Source of the DNA: Octopus bimaculoides
Lineage: Eukaryota
Length of the DNA stretch: 64,000 nt
Assembly: GCF_001194135.2 (NCBI RefSeq)
Contig: NC_069001.1
Span: forward strand, 19,285,411 to 19,349,410
Direction: 5' to 3'
Shown: positions 39,687-53,182 of the stretch, one piece after another
Position numbering within the stretch: position 1 is the stretch's first letter
Layout of the letters: every line of letters starts with the position of its first letter
Position numbers and translations under genes: made by a program
The notes under the pieces: generated by a model
Database searches by the model: none
What the model was told of the DNA's origin: nothing
Seen by the model: the letters and a program-made list of their open reading frames with translations, nothing else

Positions 39687-40795
39687 CATATTAATATAAT
39701 TCTCGAAAGTGAAACCTATGTTAAACGGAGTAAACTTAAGTAGGGTTAAAAAAATTTACTCACAGGAAATTAATACCAAGAATCCCCCCTATGGTACACA
39801 ATGGAATATGTCTAAGTCCAGCAGTCAGTAACAATTTAATACAATTCACAAGTTAAACCATTACAAAAGGTTTGTTTATAGATAAACAAGAAAAAGAGAG
39901 GAAGGAAAAAAAGTAAGGGAGGTAAGACAATGAGTAGAATTTAAGGGCCACTTAACGGTATAACATATGAGAGGGGAACATAAAGACAACAATTAAGTGG
40001 TTAAGGGGAGGCAACAGGTTGCGGTACACCAACAGATCAATGAAAACAAGGAAAAAATATGGCTGAACAACGTATATAGTAAATTGTAGTCGAAATTAAG
40101 TAAAGTACTGGTAAGTAATGAGTATATTAAATAGGTGCTCTACAGAGCAAAAATAAAATGGCATTGATTCTTAGGTGGATAAAATTTAAGGACAAGTCAA
40201 TTGTTAAAATGCTATCAAGCCTACAAAAGCATTACATAAACATAAAAGTAAATCATTTCTGTTATTATAAACCAAAAAAAAAAAGAAATATAGAGATACT
40301 AATGGGTACAATAGATGTGTAGCATTAATGCCGAGGCTACCGGCCAGAAAAGTAGCCTTAAGATAAGCATTTAACTAAGTGAGCCTAAAAAGCTAAAATA
40401 ATAATAAAAAACTAAAAATTAAAATAAAGATAAAATGACCAAAGGTAAGATAGAAAAATACTAATTAAATCTAATCATTAAAAGAAACAAAAGAGTAATA
40501 ATTCCAGAGGGTGTAAGAAATATTTGTAGGCATAGTGTGCGATAAAGTAAAGGAAAGACCATGAAATAAATAATAGAATAGACTGAAAAAATAAAATGAA
40601 AAGAAAGAAGGAATCAAGCATGGGAGGGGGGGTTATAGTAATAGTAATAAGTGGGGCTAATGTGGTAGAAAGCCAGAGGTCATTAATGTTCTCATATCAC
40701 CAATAAAAGAAATAAAAGGCAAAATATAAGGGGTAATACGTTAATAAGGTGGGGGAAATGTTACTTGGTGAATGAGATAATAGATATAGGTAGTG

Positions 40796-41692
40796 GGTTA
40801 CATTTAAAAACTTAGGAGAAAGGTAGGAGGTGGGGTTAGGTATTAGATTAACTAGGAGGGCCTCAGTTATTCCTAACAGTATGACCTATAAAAACTCCCA
40901 TTATACTAAACGGGGATCCTATTAGTATCCAGTGGAATTATAAATACTAATATGAGGTAGTTAAATATATCTAAAGTTTATAATTGTAAGAGAAGGAAAG
41001 TGTGGGAGTAACATATAAGGCTTAGGGAAAGGGGTAGAGGGTGGGGTTGCAAATAAACAGCCTACATGAGACTCAATACTTCTAAGCATGACAAAAATAA
41101 AAGGGTAAGATGTAGACCCTGCACTAAACTAACATGTGCTACTAATTATAAACTGTGTTCTAAGTACTACGATGGAGTAGTATGAGAGTTTCTAGTGTTA
41201 TTTATATCTATCAAAAGTAGAGATAGGTAGAAGGTAGAGGTGGGGGGGTTACATTAAAGATTTAGGAGAAGGGAAACAGGAGAGATTAGATAATTGACTA
41301 ACTAGGTGGGGCATCAGTTATTCAGCAAGATGACCTAAAATGGAGTAAGGTGTAAAACCTCCATTAAACTATAAGGGGCTCCTATATGTATGCTGTGGAA
41401 ATTATACATACTAATATGGGGAAGTGAAAAAGTATCTAAAGTTAATAATTACAAGTAGGAAATAGTTAAGGGAGAGGGGTAACAAATAAGACTTAGTAAA
41501 AGAGGAAGAGTGGGTTGTAATTAAACTACCTACATGAGACTCAATACTTCTAAGCAAGACAAAAATAATAATAAAGGGGTAAGATGTATAATCTGCCAAA
41601 AACAGGGGCTACTAATTAATAGCTATGGGTTATATGTAGTAATATGGAATTGTATGAGTATTTCTAGTGTTATTTATAACTATCGAAAGTGG
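40796..41692. repeat. Diverged ~450-bp tandem duplication downstream of the Penelope ORF
   Basis: 40796-41220 vs 41246-41692 share e.g. CCTACATGAGACTCAATACTTCTAAGCA and TTTCTAGTGTTATTTATA. Confidence 0.85.
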
Positions 41693-41694
41693 AC

Positions 41695-43950
41695 CTAACT
41701 TTATGCAAGCAAGCTACTCTATACTCAAAACGGAATTTGTGCAGTTAGAATTTTTTAAATCTCATTTATGCAAAGGTGACATTTTCTATTTTTTCCATTA
41801 TACAAATGTACCATAGCGAGGATCTCTCAATACAATGTGAAGCTAGTGTTACTATCTTTGAGCTCCCAGGTGTACTTACTTAAACCAGTCAAATTGATTA
41901 AGTTTCTATTTCTAAAAGAATGCTGGTGCGCAGCCAGTCTACATTTTATTTTATTTTGGGTTGCACTGATATAACTCCATTTGCTAGACTTTTTTGTGAC
42001 ACTGCATTGATAGATAGCATCCTTTATTCTACAGGTGTTACTGAATGCAGTTATTCTTGTTCCTACAGTCATATAGGTTATCTTGCAGGGGGGAATAGCC
42101 CCCTAGTGGGGTAGGATCAGGTCTATTGCGGTTAGATTGGTTATTTTGATTCTGAGAGAATTCTGGACTAATGTTGGGGTAGTGGTTAATGTTGATATTA
42201 CTACTAATATCACTGACCGTACCGTATATGTTTCTATTTGAGTAGAAAGTATCTAATTTCTTATTATTCCGAGAGGCTATTATGCACCCTAAGTTATGTG
42301 TAAGGCTGTAACCTATCCTAATTTTACTACTATTTACAATACTAGAATACCTATTATTCTTACCAAAGTGTCTATTTATGACATTCAATAATTGCTTCAC
42401 TAAGTTCGTCCTTATTTGCATTGCAAAAGGGATTATACACCAGATCCGATTTCCCGATTTACTGGTAGTTTCTACATGGGTGGAGTGCATATTGGTGTTA
42501 CTATTCCTGCATGCATTAACCCTCGCAGATCTACCATGTGTATTACTATACTATTGTAGTTATTCATGCAGTTACTAGATTTGGTTACATTCGTGTTAAT
42601 AGCTAGCTACCTGTGCTTTTTTATATCGCTTGTGTCTATGGTCAAGTGCAACAAAGTTACAGTTATCACATTCGTTGTTCCTACTATTCCTTCCACATTC
42701 ATGAGGGGTATATTTAATTCTACCTCTATAGATTGCATCTTTAAGTGCCTTATCGTACCTGTCCTTATGACTATCAAATATGTCCTCATTAGATGAGAGA
42801 TAAGAAATCCTTTGATTAAAACCTGTTTTCAGATTGTGGATGGTTACTTTGACAATTTATATATTTCAGGTTGGAGTTGGGTTTCATATAAGGTTGATGT
42901 ACTTAAATCACAGTTAACATCTAAGTAATCAATGGAGTAGTTTTCATTCTCTATTGTTATGGAAAGGCCAAATCTATTGAAGAATTTATATAGGCAATTC
43001 TTGAGTAATTCTAGGCGTCTATTGGAGATGCTTTTGATAAAGAAAAGTGTCGGCTCTATATAGGCCTCCCGTGAGTTCAGGGAATTCTTTGTAGATGTTA
43101 TCTAAAAGGTAAATACCCACAAGGTCACTTAACTCGGCTGAATCTGGGGCTCTCATAATTATATCAAAGAAGTCAGAGGTATCCGTCCTGGCCCACAACC
43201 TATTATCGAATTCGAGGATTACATTAATTTCTTTTCTACTTAACTTAGTACAATGCATAGCAAAGATAAGCGCACTATTTAAGATTGTAGGATTAATCAA
43301 TGAGTAATAATTTTGAATGTCAATTTGCAAAAATTTATGATTATACTTATATTTTATGTTAGAGAACCATTCAATTGCGCCTTAGGTATTTTTCCATAGC
43401 CCTAATTTAATTTTCTTCTTAAGAGTAGGTATATACTTATCTAAGATTGCTTTACTAAGCTAACCTAAATCTGACTTATTGGGGCATATTAATCTGACCT
43501 GGGTGTTATGTAGGTAATTATCTTTATGGTCTTTAATAGTAATATGAGGTCTAATCGGTATAAAAGGTTCAGTTTGGTCATCAATATTATACTCTAACAT
43601 AATCTTTTTGGCCTCTAAGTTGATTGTTTTGAGGGTACTCCTAGGGACTACTTTATATTCTTTAAGGATTTCACACTGAATGAGTTCATGATAAGTAACA
43701 ATGTTCATGTTTATATGTGTTTCTTGTTTTATCTGAGTGTACTATTATACCATCTTTGGATTTTAACTCGAGAACCAAATCCTTACGCTTTCTTTAGTGC
43801 TTATTATGCCTAAGGGTGTGGTTCTTAAACTTAATGTCCTTAATTAAAGAGCAAAGTTCATTTTCAAAAGCTTCCAGGTGACTGTTTGGCGGCGGTGTTT
43901 TCTTAGTTCTGAAAATTCTAATGGTAAAATAAGATGATAACAGAGGAAGG
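41695..43950 (-). mobile_element. Penelope-like element (RT + GIY-YIG endonuclease), pseudogenised
   Basis: TIKDHK..RLICPNKSDLG; DIQNYY; FDIIMRAPDSAELSDLVG; GLYRAD; IYQC..YISATQNKIKCRLAAH; CHLCINE. Confidence 0.92.
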
Positions 43951-44014
43951 GACTTCTATGTTATCATCTTACTGACATATACCATTCTTATTTTCCATAT
44001 TTTTTCCCCAATTT

Positions 44015-44070
44015 ATCTCTGATGACAGAATATCTCATACTCGAGGATATCCCAGAAACTGCTATAAGAT
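44015..44070 (+). ncRNA. Degenerate type-I hammerhead ribozyme
   Basis: ATCT CTGATGA C-AGAATATCTC-ATACTC-GAGGATATCCC-A GAAA CTGCTA TA AGAT. Confidence 0.45.
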
Positions 44071-44155
44071 TTTGAATTTCTTCCTGTAATAATATTGTAT
44101 ATGACTTGAGATGTTTGCCTTGCCTTAATGTTTGACGTCCTGTTTAACAATTATA

Positions 44156-46460
44156 TCATCATCATCATCATCATCATCGTTTAACGTCCGCTTTCCATGC
44201 TAGCATGGGTTGGACGATTTGACTGAGGAATGATGGACCAGGTGAACACCAGGCTCCAATCTGATTTGGCAGAGTTTCTACAGCTGGATGCCATTCCTCA
44301 CGCCAACCACTCCATGAGTGTAGTGGGTGCTTTTACGTGCCACCGGCACAAAGGCCATTCAGGCAGTACTGGCAATGGCCATGCTCGAAATGGTGTATTT
44401 TACGTGCCACCTGCACAGGAGCCAGTCCAGTGGCACTGGCAACGATCTCGCTCGAATGTCTTTTCACGTGCCAGGAAGGCGACGTTGGTAACGATCATGC
44501 TCAAATGGTGCTATTTACATGCCACCGGCACGGAAGCCAGACAGCTGCTCTGGCAACGATCACACTCAGAAGGTGCTCTTAGTGCTCCACTGGTACAGGT
44601 GCCATCACGATTTCGCTTTCGCTTGCCCCAACAGGTCTTCGCAAGCAGAGTTTAGTGTTCAATGAAAGACACGTTGGCATGGGTGCCAGTTTACAAATTT
44701 AATTCGATTTCAATTTCACTTGCCTCAACAGGTCTTTGCAAGCAGAGTGTAGTCTCCAATGAAGGAATAGTATGCACAAGTGGGCTGGCTACATCCCTGG
44801 CAGAGGCCTCGGATTTTGGTCTCACTTGGCTTGCCGGGTCTTCTCACGCACAACATATTTTCAAAAGTCTCGGTCACCACCTCATCCCAGGTCTTCCTGG
44901 GCCTACCTCTTCCACGGGTTCCCTCAACTGCTAGGGTGTGGCACTTTTTCACACAGCTATCCTCATCCATTCTCGCCACATGTCCATACCAGCGCAATCG
45001 TCTCTCTTGCACACCACAACTGATGCCTCTTAGGTCTAACTTTTCTCTCAAGGTACTTACACTCTGTTGAGTATGCACACTGACATTACACATCCATCAG
45101 AGCATATTGGCTTCATTCCTTGCAAGCTTACGCATGTCCTCAGTAGTCACGGCTAATGATTCACTGCCATGTAGCATGGCTGTTCATACACATGCATCAT
45201 ACAGTCTGCCTTTTACCCTGAGTGAGAGGCCCTTTGTCGCCAGCAGAGGTAAGAGCTCTCTGAACTTTACCCAGGTTATTCTTATTCTAGCAGCTACACT
45301 TTCAGCGCACCCACCCCCACTACTAACTTGGTCNNNNNNNNNNNNNNNNNNNNNNNNNNNNNNNNNNNNNNNNNNNNNNNNNNNNNNNNNNNNNNNNNNN
45401 NNNNNNNNNNNNNNNNNNNNNNNNNNNNNNNNNNNNNNNNNNNNNNNNNNNNNNNNNNNNNNNNNNNNNNNNNNNNNNNNNNNNNNNNNNNNNNNNNNNN
45501 NNNNNNNNNNNNNNNNNNNNNNNNNNNNNNNNNNNNNNNNNNNNNNNNNNNNNNNNNNNNNNNNNNNNNNNNNNNNNNNNNNNNNNNNNNNNNNNNNNNN
45601 NNNNNNNNNNNNNNNNNNNNNNNNNNNNNNNNNNNNNNNNNNNNNNNNNNNNNNNNNNNNNNNNNNNNNNNNNNNNNNNNNNNNNNNNNNNNNNNNNNNN
45701 NNNNNNNNNNNNNNNNNNNNNNNNNNNNNNNNNNNNNNNNNNNNNNNNNNNNNNNNNNNNNNNNNNNNNNNNNNNNNNNNNNNNNNNNNNNNNNNNNNNN
45801 NNNNNNNNNNNNNNNNNNNNNNNNNNNNNNNNNNNNNNNNNNNNNNNNNNNNNNNNNNNNNNNNNNNNNNNNNNNNNNNNNNNNNNNNNNNNNNNNNNNN
45901 NNNNNNNNNNNNNNNNNNNNNNNNNNNNNNNNNNNNNNNNNNNNNNNNNNNNNNNNNNNNNNNNNNNNNNNNNNNNNNNNNNNNNNNNNNNNNNNNNNNN
46001 NNNNNNNNNNNNNNNNNNNNNNNNNNNNNNNNNNNNNNNNNNNNNNNNNNNNNNNNNNNNNNNNNNNNNNNNNNNNNNNNNNNNNNNNNNNNNNNNNNNN
46101 NNNNNNNNNNNNNNNNNNNNNNNNNNNNNNNNNNNNGCATCAGTGGTGCTTTTTCCTGGAACGAACCCAAACTGCATCCCATCTAAACTGACTCGCTCCC
46201 TAATTAGTTGAGCTATGACCCTCTCCATGACTTTCATTACCTGATCCAACAATTTGATACCTCTGTAATTATTTGTATCTAAAGCGTCACCTTTACCTTT
46301 GTGACAGTTGACTATGGTGCTGCTACACCAGTCATTGGGTATGACTCCTTCGTGTATCACCTGGTTAACAATACAGGTGACTAGGCTATAGCCGACACTG
46401 CCAGATATTTTGAGCATCTCTGCAGTGATTCCTCATGGGCCGGGGGCTTTCCCTGTCTTC
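44156..46460 (-). mobile_element. Young 5'-truncated RTE LINE spanning a gap
   Basis: NYRGIKLLDQVMKV, GRLYDACV, ERRLRWYGHV; (ATG)n tail; CpG-rich. Confidence 0.93.
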
Positions 46461-47113
46461 ATATACATATATATATGTATGTATGTATGTATGCACGTAT
46501 ATATGTATGCATGTATATGTGAGATAATAGTATAAACCGAAAGTAAGTAAAATACCTCTGAATAAATAATGTACTCCTTACAGCAACATGTAAACAAAAC
46601 TGCTACAATTAACTGAAATCTGAATAAACATTTCAAAACCACGATTCAACTGTAATACCAGCAGAGCTGATAATAAGACTAACATTCCATCAAATATAAA
46701 CAGCAATGCTATTACCTTCAACTGTATACCAATGCAAGACGCTTGTTTGAATTGGTTCACTTTGAAAATGTTATAAGTGTTGGACCCTTGATGAAATTGC
46801 AATACTAGAATGCATAATTGCATACAAAGCAATGTGCAGTTACTGCAGCCGAAAAATATGTAGGTCAGATATAACTGCTGTAGAAAATTTTTAAATATAA
46901 ATTTTCAGATGTGAATAAAATTTCTACTCTCCTCTTCATTATCAATGTTATATAGATACATACATACACATATATTTATTACACATGTGCATGTGTGTGC
47001 TAGTGTTAGAAAGGGCATCCTGTTGTAAAAACCAAGCCAAGCCAAATAATAAAAGGAATGAACAGAAGAATAGAGAGGACTCTCCTACACCATGCCCACA
47101 ACTACTATGCTCA

Positions 47114-47248
<135 letters not shown>

Positions 47249-48092
47249 CTAAGAAAGAAAATAAACATGGTCAGAATTTTTATTTAGACATCAAATTAAA
47301 GATGACTTTAGGAAAATCCGATTAAAACACACACACATATGGATAGAATACACATACACACATATAGGAATACACATACGTACAAATACTTATTTTATGC
47401 ATATTTATGTATGTATACACACACACACACATGCTATGCCATCTCCACCATCACCACTATCTTTATAATTTTATGTCAATTTTCCATGCTGGCATAACTT
47501 AGGCTAGTTCTGATGACATGAGTCAATTCTTATTCAGAGTTACTGCCCTCAGGGGCACATCAGAAAGACCACATCTCACTCATTTGTTTCATCTTCAGCT
47601 TCATTCCTACAACTGCATACCATTTCTGTTCTCAACCACTTTAAACAGTATACTGGCTACATCTTATTGTGGCACCAATGCTAGTGAGATTGTCTTGCCC
47701 CTGATAAGTTTAAAGGCTTCTCTTGACAAACTTGTCTCTATTTGTCCACCAATCACTTTGTAATATATAATATTATATACATAGATATGTTTATAAACAC
47801 AGATGCAGCAATACACAGTTACAAACACATACACAAAAATATATCATTATAAATATATACGAAAGAATATATTAAAACAAATACTGGAAAATTTGGTATA
47901 TTTTTAATCCTATGTCATATGTGCTTCATTACAGGATAGGAGTTACAAGGTATAACATGTATGGGATTTCCTATCTGTTTTTCATCAGCAATCTATAGTT
48001 TAAGGATGAGTCAGGACTATGCTGAGAGATAATGGGACAAAAAGGATAGAAAAGAGTAAAAAAATAATAAAGAAAGAGAATATATATGTGCT

Positions 48093-48134
<42 letters not shown>

Positions 48135-48671
48135 NNNNNNNNNNNNNNNNNNNNNNNNNNNNNNNNNNNNNNNNNNNNNNNNNNNNNNNNNNNNNNNNNN
48201 NNNNNNNNNNNNNNNNNNNNNNNNNNNNNNNNNNNNNNNNNNNNNNNNNNNNNNNNNNNNNNNNNNNNNNNNNNNNNNNNNNNNNNNNNNNNNNNNNNNN
48301 NNNNNNNNNNNNNNNNNNNNNNNNNNNNNNNNNNNNNNNNNNNNNNNNNNNNNNNNNNNNNNNNNNNNNNNNNNNNNNNNNNNNNNNNNNNNNNNNNNNN
48401 NNNNNNNNNNNNNNNNNNNNNNNNNNNNNNNNNNNNNNNNNNNNNNNNNNNNNNNNNNNNNNNNNNNNNNNNNNNNNNNNNNNNNNNNNNNNATAAATAC
48501 ATTACAAAATGTTTGTATATATATTTATCCATTCTAATAAATATGCATATATACACACTTAGACATAATACCTACATAGAAACATACATATGCATATCTA
48601 TAAGTGTAAGCTCACACCAATATATACACATTCATACACACACACATAAAATATACATCCACCTACACACA

Positions 48672-49277
48672 CGAAGGGGTACCCAAAAGAAACCGGAATT
48701 TGCAATATTTTATTCACTTAGTTTTATATGTTTATACTTTTATCACCTTCAGAGTATTCTCCATTTGAAGCAAGGCATTGGCCCAGATGCATTTTCCAGT
48801 GTTTGAAGTAGTCCTGGAACTCTTTGCAAAGTGATGCCTTTTAACACCTCTGTCATTTTTTCTTAATCTCTTCCACATCTGCAAAACATTTTCCTTTAAG
48901 GATTTTTTTTCATTTGGGGGAAAAAAAGAAAGCCACAGGGAGCAAGATCTGGTGAATAAGGAGGATGGATAAGCGGGGTCATGCCGTTTTTGGTCAAAAA
49001 CTGTTTCACACTCAAGGCAGTGCGCACAGGCGCATTGTTGTAATGAAACCACCACTCACCACTTTGCCACAGGTCAGGGTGTTTTCATCTCACTGTGTTT
49101 CACAAATGCTTCAGAACTGCCAAGTAAACTGTTTGATTAACAGTTTGACCAGGAGGAACAAATTATGTGTGGACAATTCCTTTTGCATCGATGAAACAAA
49201 TAGGGATTGTCTTCACATTGGACTTCACTTGGCTGTCCCACAGAGAACATTTCCAGTAACTTTTGGGTACCCCCTTG
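48672..49277 (-). mobile_element. Internally deleted mariner with both TIRs
   Basis: CGAAGGGGTACCCAAAAG / CTTTTGGGTACCCCCTTG|TA; retains the C-terminal PDLAP region. Confidence 0.9.
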
Positions 49278-49400
49278 TACATACATACATACATACATAC
49301 ATACATACATACATACATACATACATACAATTTATGCTTTAAATTTGCATTTATAAGATATGAGCAAAATATCATCAGTGAAAAAGATATACTTCAAAAG

Positions 49401-49635
49401 ATTACATATTGACCTCTTAGTTCATACCAGCAGACTAAATATATGGAGTTATTTTATTTTTGTTTTTGTGTGTGCATGAGGGTTAACAGATTAATTTGAA
49501 TATAACAAAAAATAAAGTAAAACAAATAAGGTAAAATAAAATAAGTAAAAAAACAATAAAAATAAAATAAATAAAAGTAGAATAAAAATAAAATAGGATA
49601 GAATAGAATATACATAGATAGCTAAATATGTACAT
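49401..49635. repeat. Outer part of the left arm of a long inverted repeat (partner 59120-59377)
   Basis: About 95% identical over the first ~115 bp to the reverse complement of 59260-59377. Confidence 0.9.
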
Positions 49636-52600
49636 TAGGGTGGAGTGAAAAAGGTACTTTTTACACAGATTTTCAAAATATGGTTTCAAGAATATATTTT
49701 TTATTGCAAAACCCTTTAAAAACAACTATGTTAAAATCTTAAATTTACATTTTCAGGCTCCATAGCCCACTTGAAATTTTGAATAATGAGCAAAAAATCA
49801 TTTTATTTTTTACATTCATTGATACAAATCGATTTTCTTTTGCAAAATCCTTTAAAAATAAGAGTGTTAAAATCTCAAGCTCTAAAATTTATATCTTCAG
49901 GCTCCACAAATGCACTTGAAATTTCAAAATTATGTAAAATAAATAGACTCTTCGACTTTGTTTTCTTTGTTATTTTTAATACTACGTCACCGAATATGTG
50001 TTACATGAGGTCTAGATTACACACACATTAAAATAAAATTACATGTAAACCAATTTTAGATTCTTGACACATTTTGGTGATAAAAATAATTAACATTTCC
50101 AATTTATTCAAAATAATCCCATGTAACTAAATAATACAAATTGTTGTAGTGCATTCCTTTTCGTTCCAGTAACAAAGCCAAATAATCTTTTTCATAAATG
50201 AGAATTAGCATCTCACACTCAGCTAAAGAATGGAACAAAGATTTGTTGTTTTGGAAATTCCTAAAACGACATAATGTTAATTGTTTATGTTCAAAATAGC
50301 TAAAACTAAACAATCCTAATTGATTATTACTGTATTACCTTTCAATCTGAACTCCCTTTTTGTCTGGAGCACCGGAATTTCTCTTGATTTAATTCGACTC
50401 CAAATGAATCCGTCTCATCTGTTCTCACCATGAACATTAGATGATGCTTCTGTCACAAGTTTTACACATCTTTCCACAGCTTGGATGTGGCACAGTAGTT
50501 TGTCCAGTTGTATCAAATGCCATTGTTGAATGAAGGTATTGATTTCTTCATTGAAAAATGCCTGTGTTAGAGGTGGTTCAGTAACAATAGTGTCCTGCCA
50601 GTTAATTATGTCCATGTAGTTTGAGGCAGCAAAGTTTAGGGCAGGATTTTTGAATTGCACAGATTTCCCTTTATACTGTGTTCAAGCTAGTTCTCGAATG
50701 TGGCTCCGTTCATCGTTTATCATGGCCAGTGAAATATTTTCTGGGTGCACAAAGAAAGCATTCCATTGTATAACTGGAAATACAATGTCTTGTACCGCTT
50801 TATCCATTTCTCTCGAAGACTCAGTTGTCTTGCACACATTTAGAGCCCCCATTTTTTGAGAAAGAATTGCATTTATACTTTCATTGTGTAAGCAACAATT
50901 AATTTCATCATGTTAGAAGGATTCTTGGTGGCAACATATAACCATAGCATACGATTTAGCTGTAAGCCATTGAGAATGTACCATTTTACAGGGATTCCTT
51001 AATGCTATTTCAGATGACCATTTCCCTCCAGAAATAGACTGGTGGATATCAAGAAGGTATTTTTGATCAGTGCTGAGATCATTTCTGTCTACTAATGGCA
51101 AGTCTGTTGGAATCTGATTAAATTTCACAATACTTAAGTGTTTCACATCGCTCCAGTCTCTTACCAATCAGCCTGATAGTTTTTCCATCAAGATCATTAA
51201 TAAGATGGCGTGAGGAAAACTTATTTGTGTGGAGCTGACACACAAACCAATGCAATGGCTTCTTCAATTTATCCTCCAAAAGTCTAATGATGCCTCCTAA
51301 TGGTCCTGTATTGACTGCAGTACCATCACAACCTACAGCTATCATGTGATTGGTTACTATCTGATTGGTTTCCAATTAATTCAACAACCCATTGGAAATG
51401 GCTTTTGCAGAACCCGTTTTAACAGTAAAGTGCCCAAGTCAGTGGGACTCAGGTTCTTCTATCAATGAAATGCGTTCTTGAATTGTTTTCTTACGAAATG
51501 TTTTTGCCATTTGTTCACTTATAAGGGTTGTGTCCCTCCTTCCATCAAAATACACGGCAGACAATAGTTTATGTGGCATACATTCCTACTGCAGGGATTT
51601 ACATTTTCTGGATCGTTCCTGCCTTACTTTCGATCTGTCTATAATGAAAGAACATTCACCAGATGTACTTGCCATTAAGCCACTGATGACCGAACTTGGA
51701 AGACGAGCAGCAGCATGGTCTAACACACCAGTGCAGTCACAAGTAGAAGCTGAGAATTTCATTTGTTTTATTGGTGTTTCTGAACTTATGTTTTTACTGA
51801 CGTCTTTTCATTTCATGGAAAATGGAATTGGAAGATTTTCATCTTTGCCTGCTGATCCATTTCCAGATTCACTGCTTGATGAAAATGCTATCAATTCAGA
51901 ATCCTTTGCTGACGTAGAAGGGCGACTGTGATCTGGCTGATTCTTTCTAATCAACCTCTGATCGTTCTGTTTAGATACTGCTTGATCTATTCTGCCAATG
52001 ATCATTTTTCAATTTGTCCATTGATCCTGTAAAAAATTTTCTCTCTGTGGTATTTCTTTGTCTCTACTACAACTGCAGTTTTTAAAGGAGTTGCACTTGC
52101 AACTGAGAAATGTCAAATAAATCTTTTGTTGCATTGTTTTTAAATACATTACACTTTGTTTAAAACGATGGCATATTTTTTCTATTTTTCATAGATTTTA
52201 GTAATGCTTGGTACTTTAGATAAAAGTTTAAGTGACTCAATTGTAACACAAGGGATGGATGCCTTTTGCCAAAGAAGGGTTATCTTTTTTGCTAGTCTTG
52301 ACAATGTGTTTAATTGAAGGATCTTTCTTAACTACATTCTTTTCTTTTTCTCATTCAAATAAAACACATTTTAGTACGTCCTTGTAAGTTGGCAAAACTC
52401 GTTTGCTAAGATCACATGGAGTACCAAATATTGGGCATTCAATATCATGATGCGTTATTGGCTTATGAGTCATCACTAAATGTAAACAACACTAAATCTA
52501 ACATGATCACTAATCTTAATACAATGGCCTAAAGCAGAAAATTTGACACACATACGACATACATCCATATGCAACAACTGTTGTAATAACACTGCAGAGA

Positions 52601-52926
52601 AGTTCACACTCTCATTGTCTTTATAGTCAATGCGGAACCTCAAGATATTAGTCAATTGTATTGAAACTTTGTATGCAACCTCTTAAGGATACTATATTTA
52701 CTGTTTTGCATTCTGCTATGTAGAAATATGTATTCATTATGACTTATAGTCCATGAAATCCAAAATTTTACCAAGAATAGTGATTTAAAAAATTTTCAAT
52801 TGCATTGCAGAGCCTGAAAATATATTTAACCACTAAGTTTATACACCTTTCTTTTAACTCTAATTCGCAACAAAATATCGATTCTTGGTTACCAATTTCA
52901 AAAGTTGCATTTTTTGCTCCACCCTA
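49636..52926 (-). mobile_element. Full-size hAT-superfamily DNA transposon (divergent hATm/hATx-like), transposase pseudogene
   Basis: TIR TAGGGTGGAG at both ends; 8-bp TSD ATGTACAT/AAGTACAT; catalytic motifs YFDG, GCDGTAVNTG, CQLH, HIQAVERCVKLVTEAS. Confidence 0.9.
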
Positions 52927-53133
52927 AAGTACATAGATATGCATATATAAAAATATACATAAAAATGTATATACATACACACTTATACATATTTATATAT
53001 AAGAAAAAAATTAACGTACAGATTATGTATTAATCAGTGTCCAATGGTTGGAGTAATTTAAATTAGTTACATGTGGTTAAGCGTTTTAAGAAAATATCTA
53101 ATCATAACGGTCTCTCAATATATGCGCGTGCAG

Positions 53134-53138
<5 letters not shown>

Positions 53139-53182
<44 letters not shown>

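Noticed and set aside
40796-41692. Direct repeats as LTRs or a CRISPR-like array
   Set aside because: Adjacent diverged units with no TG..CA ends, PBS or spacers; eukaryotic context
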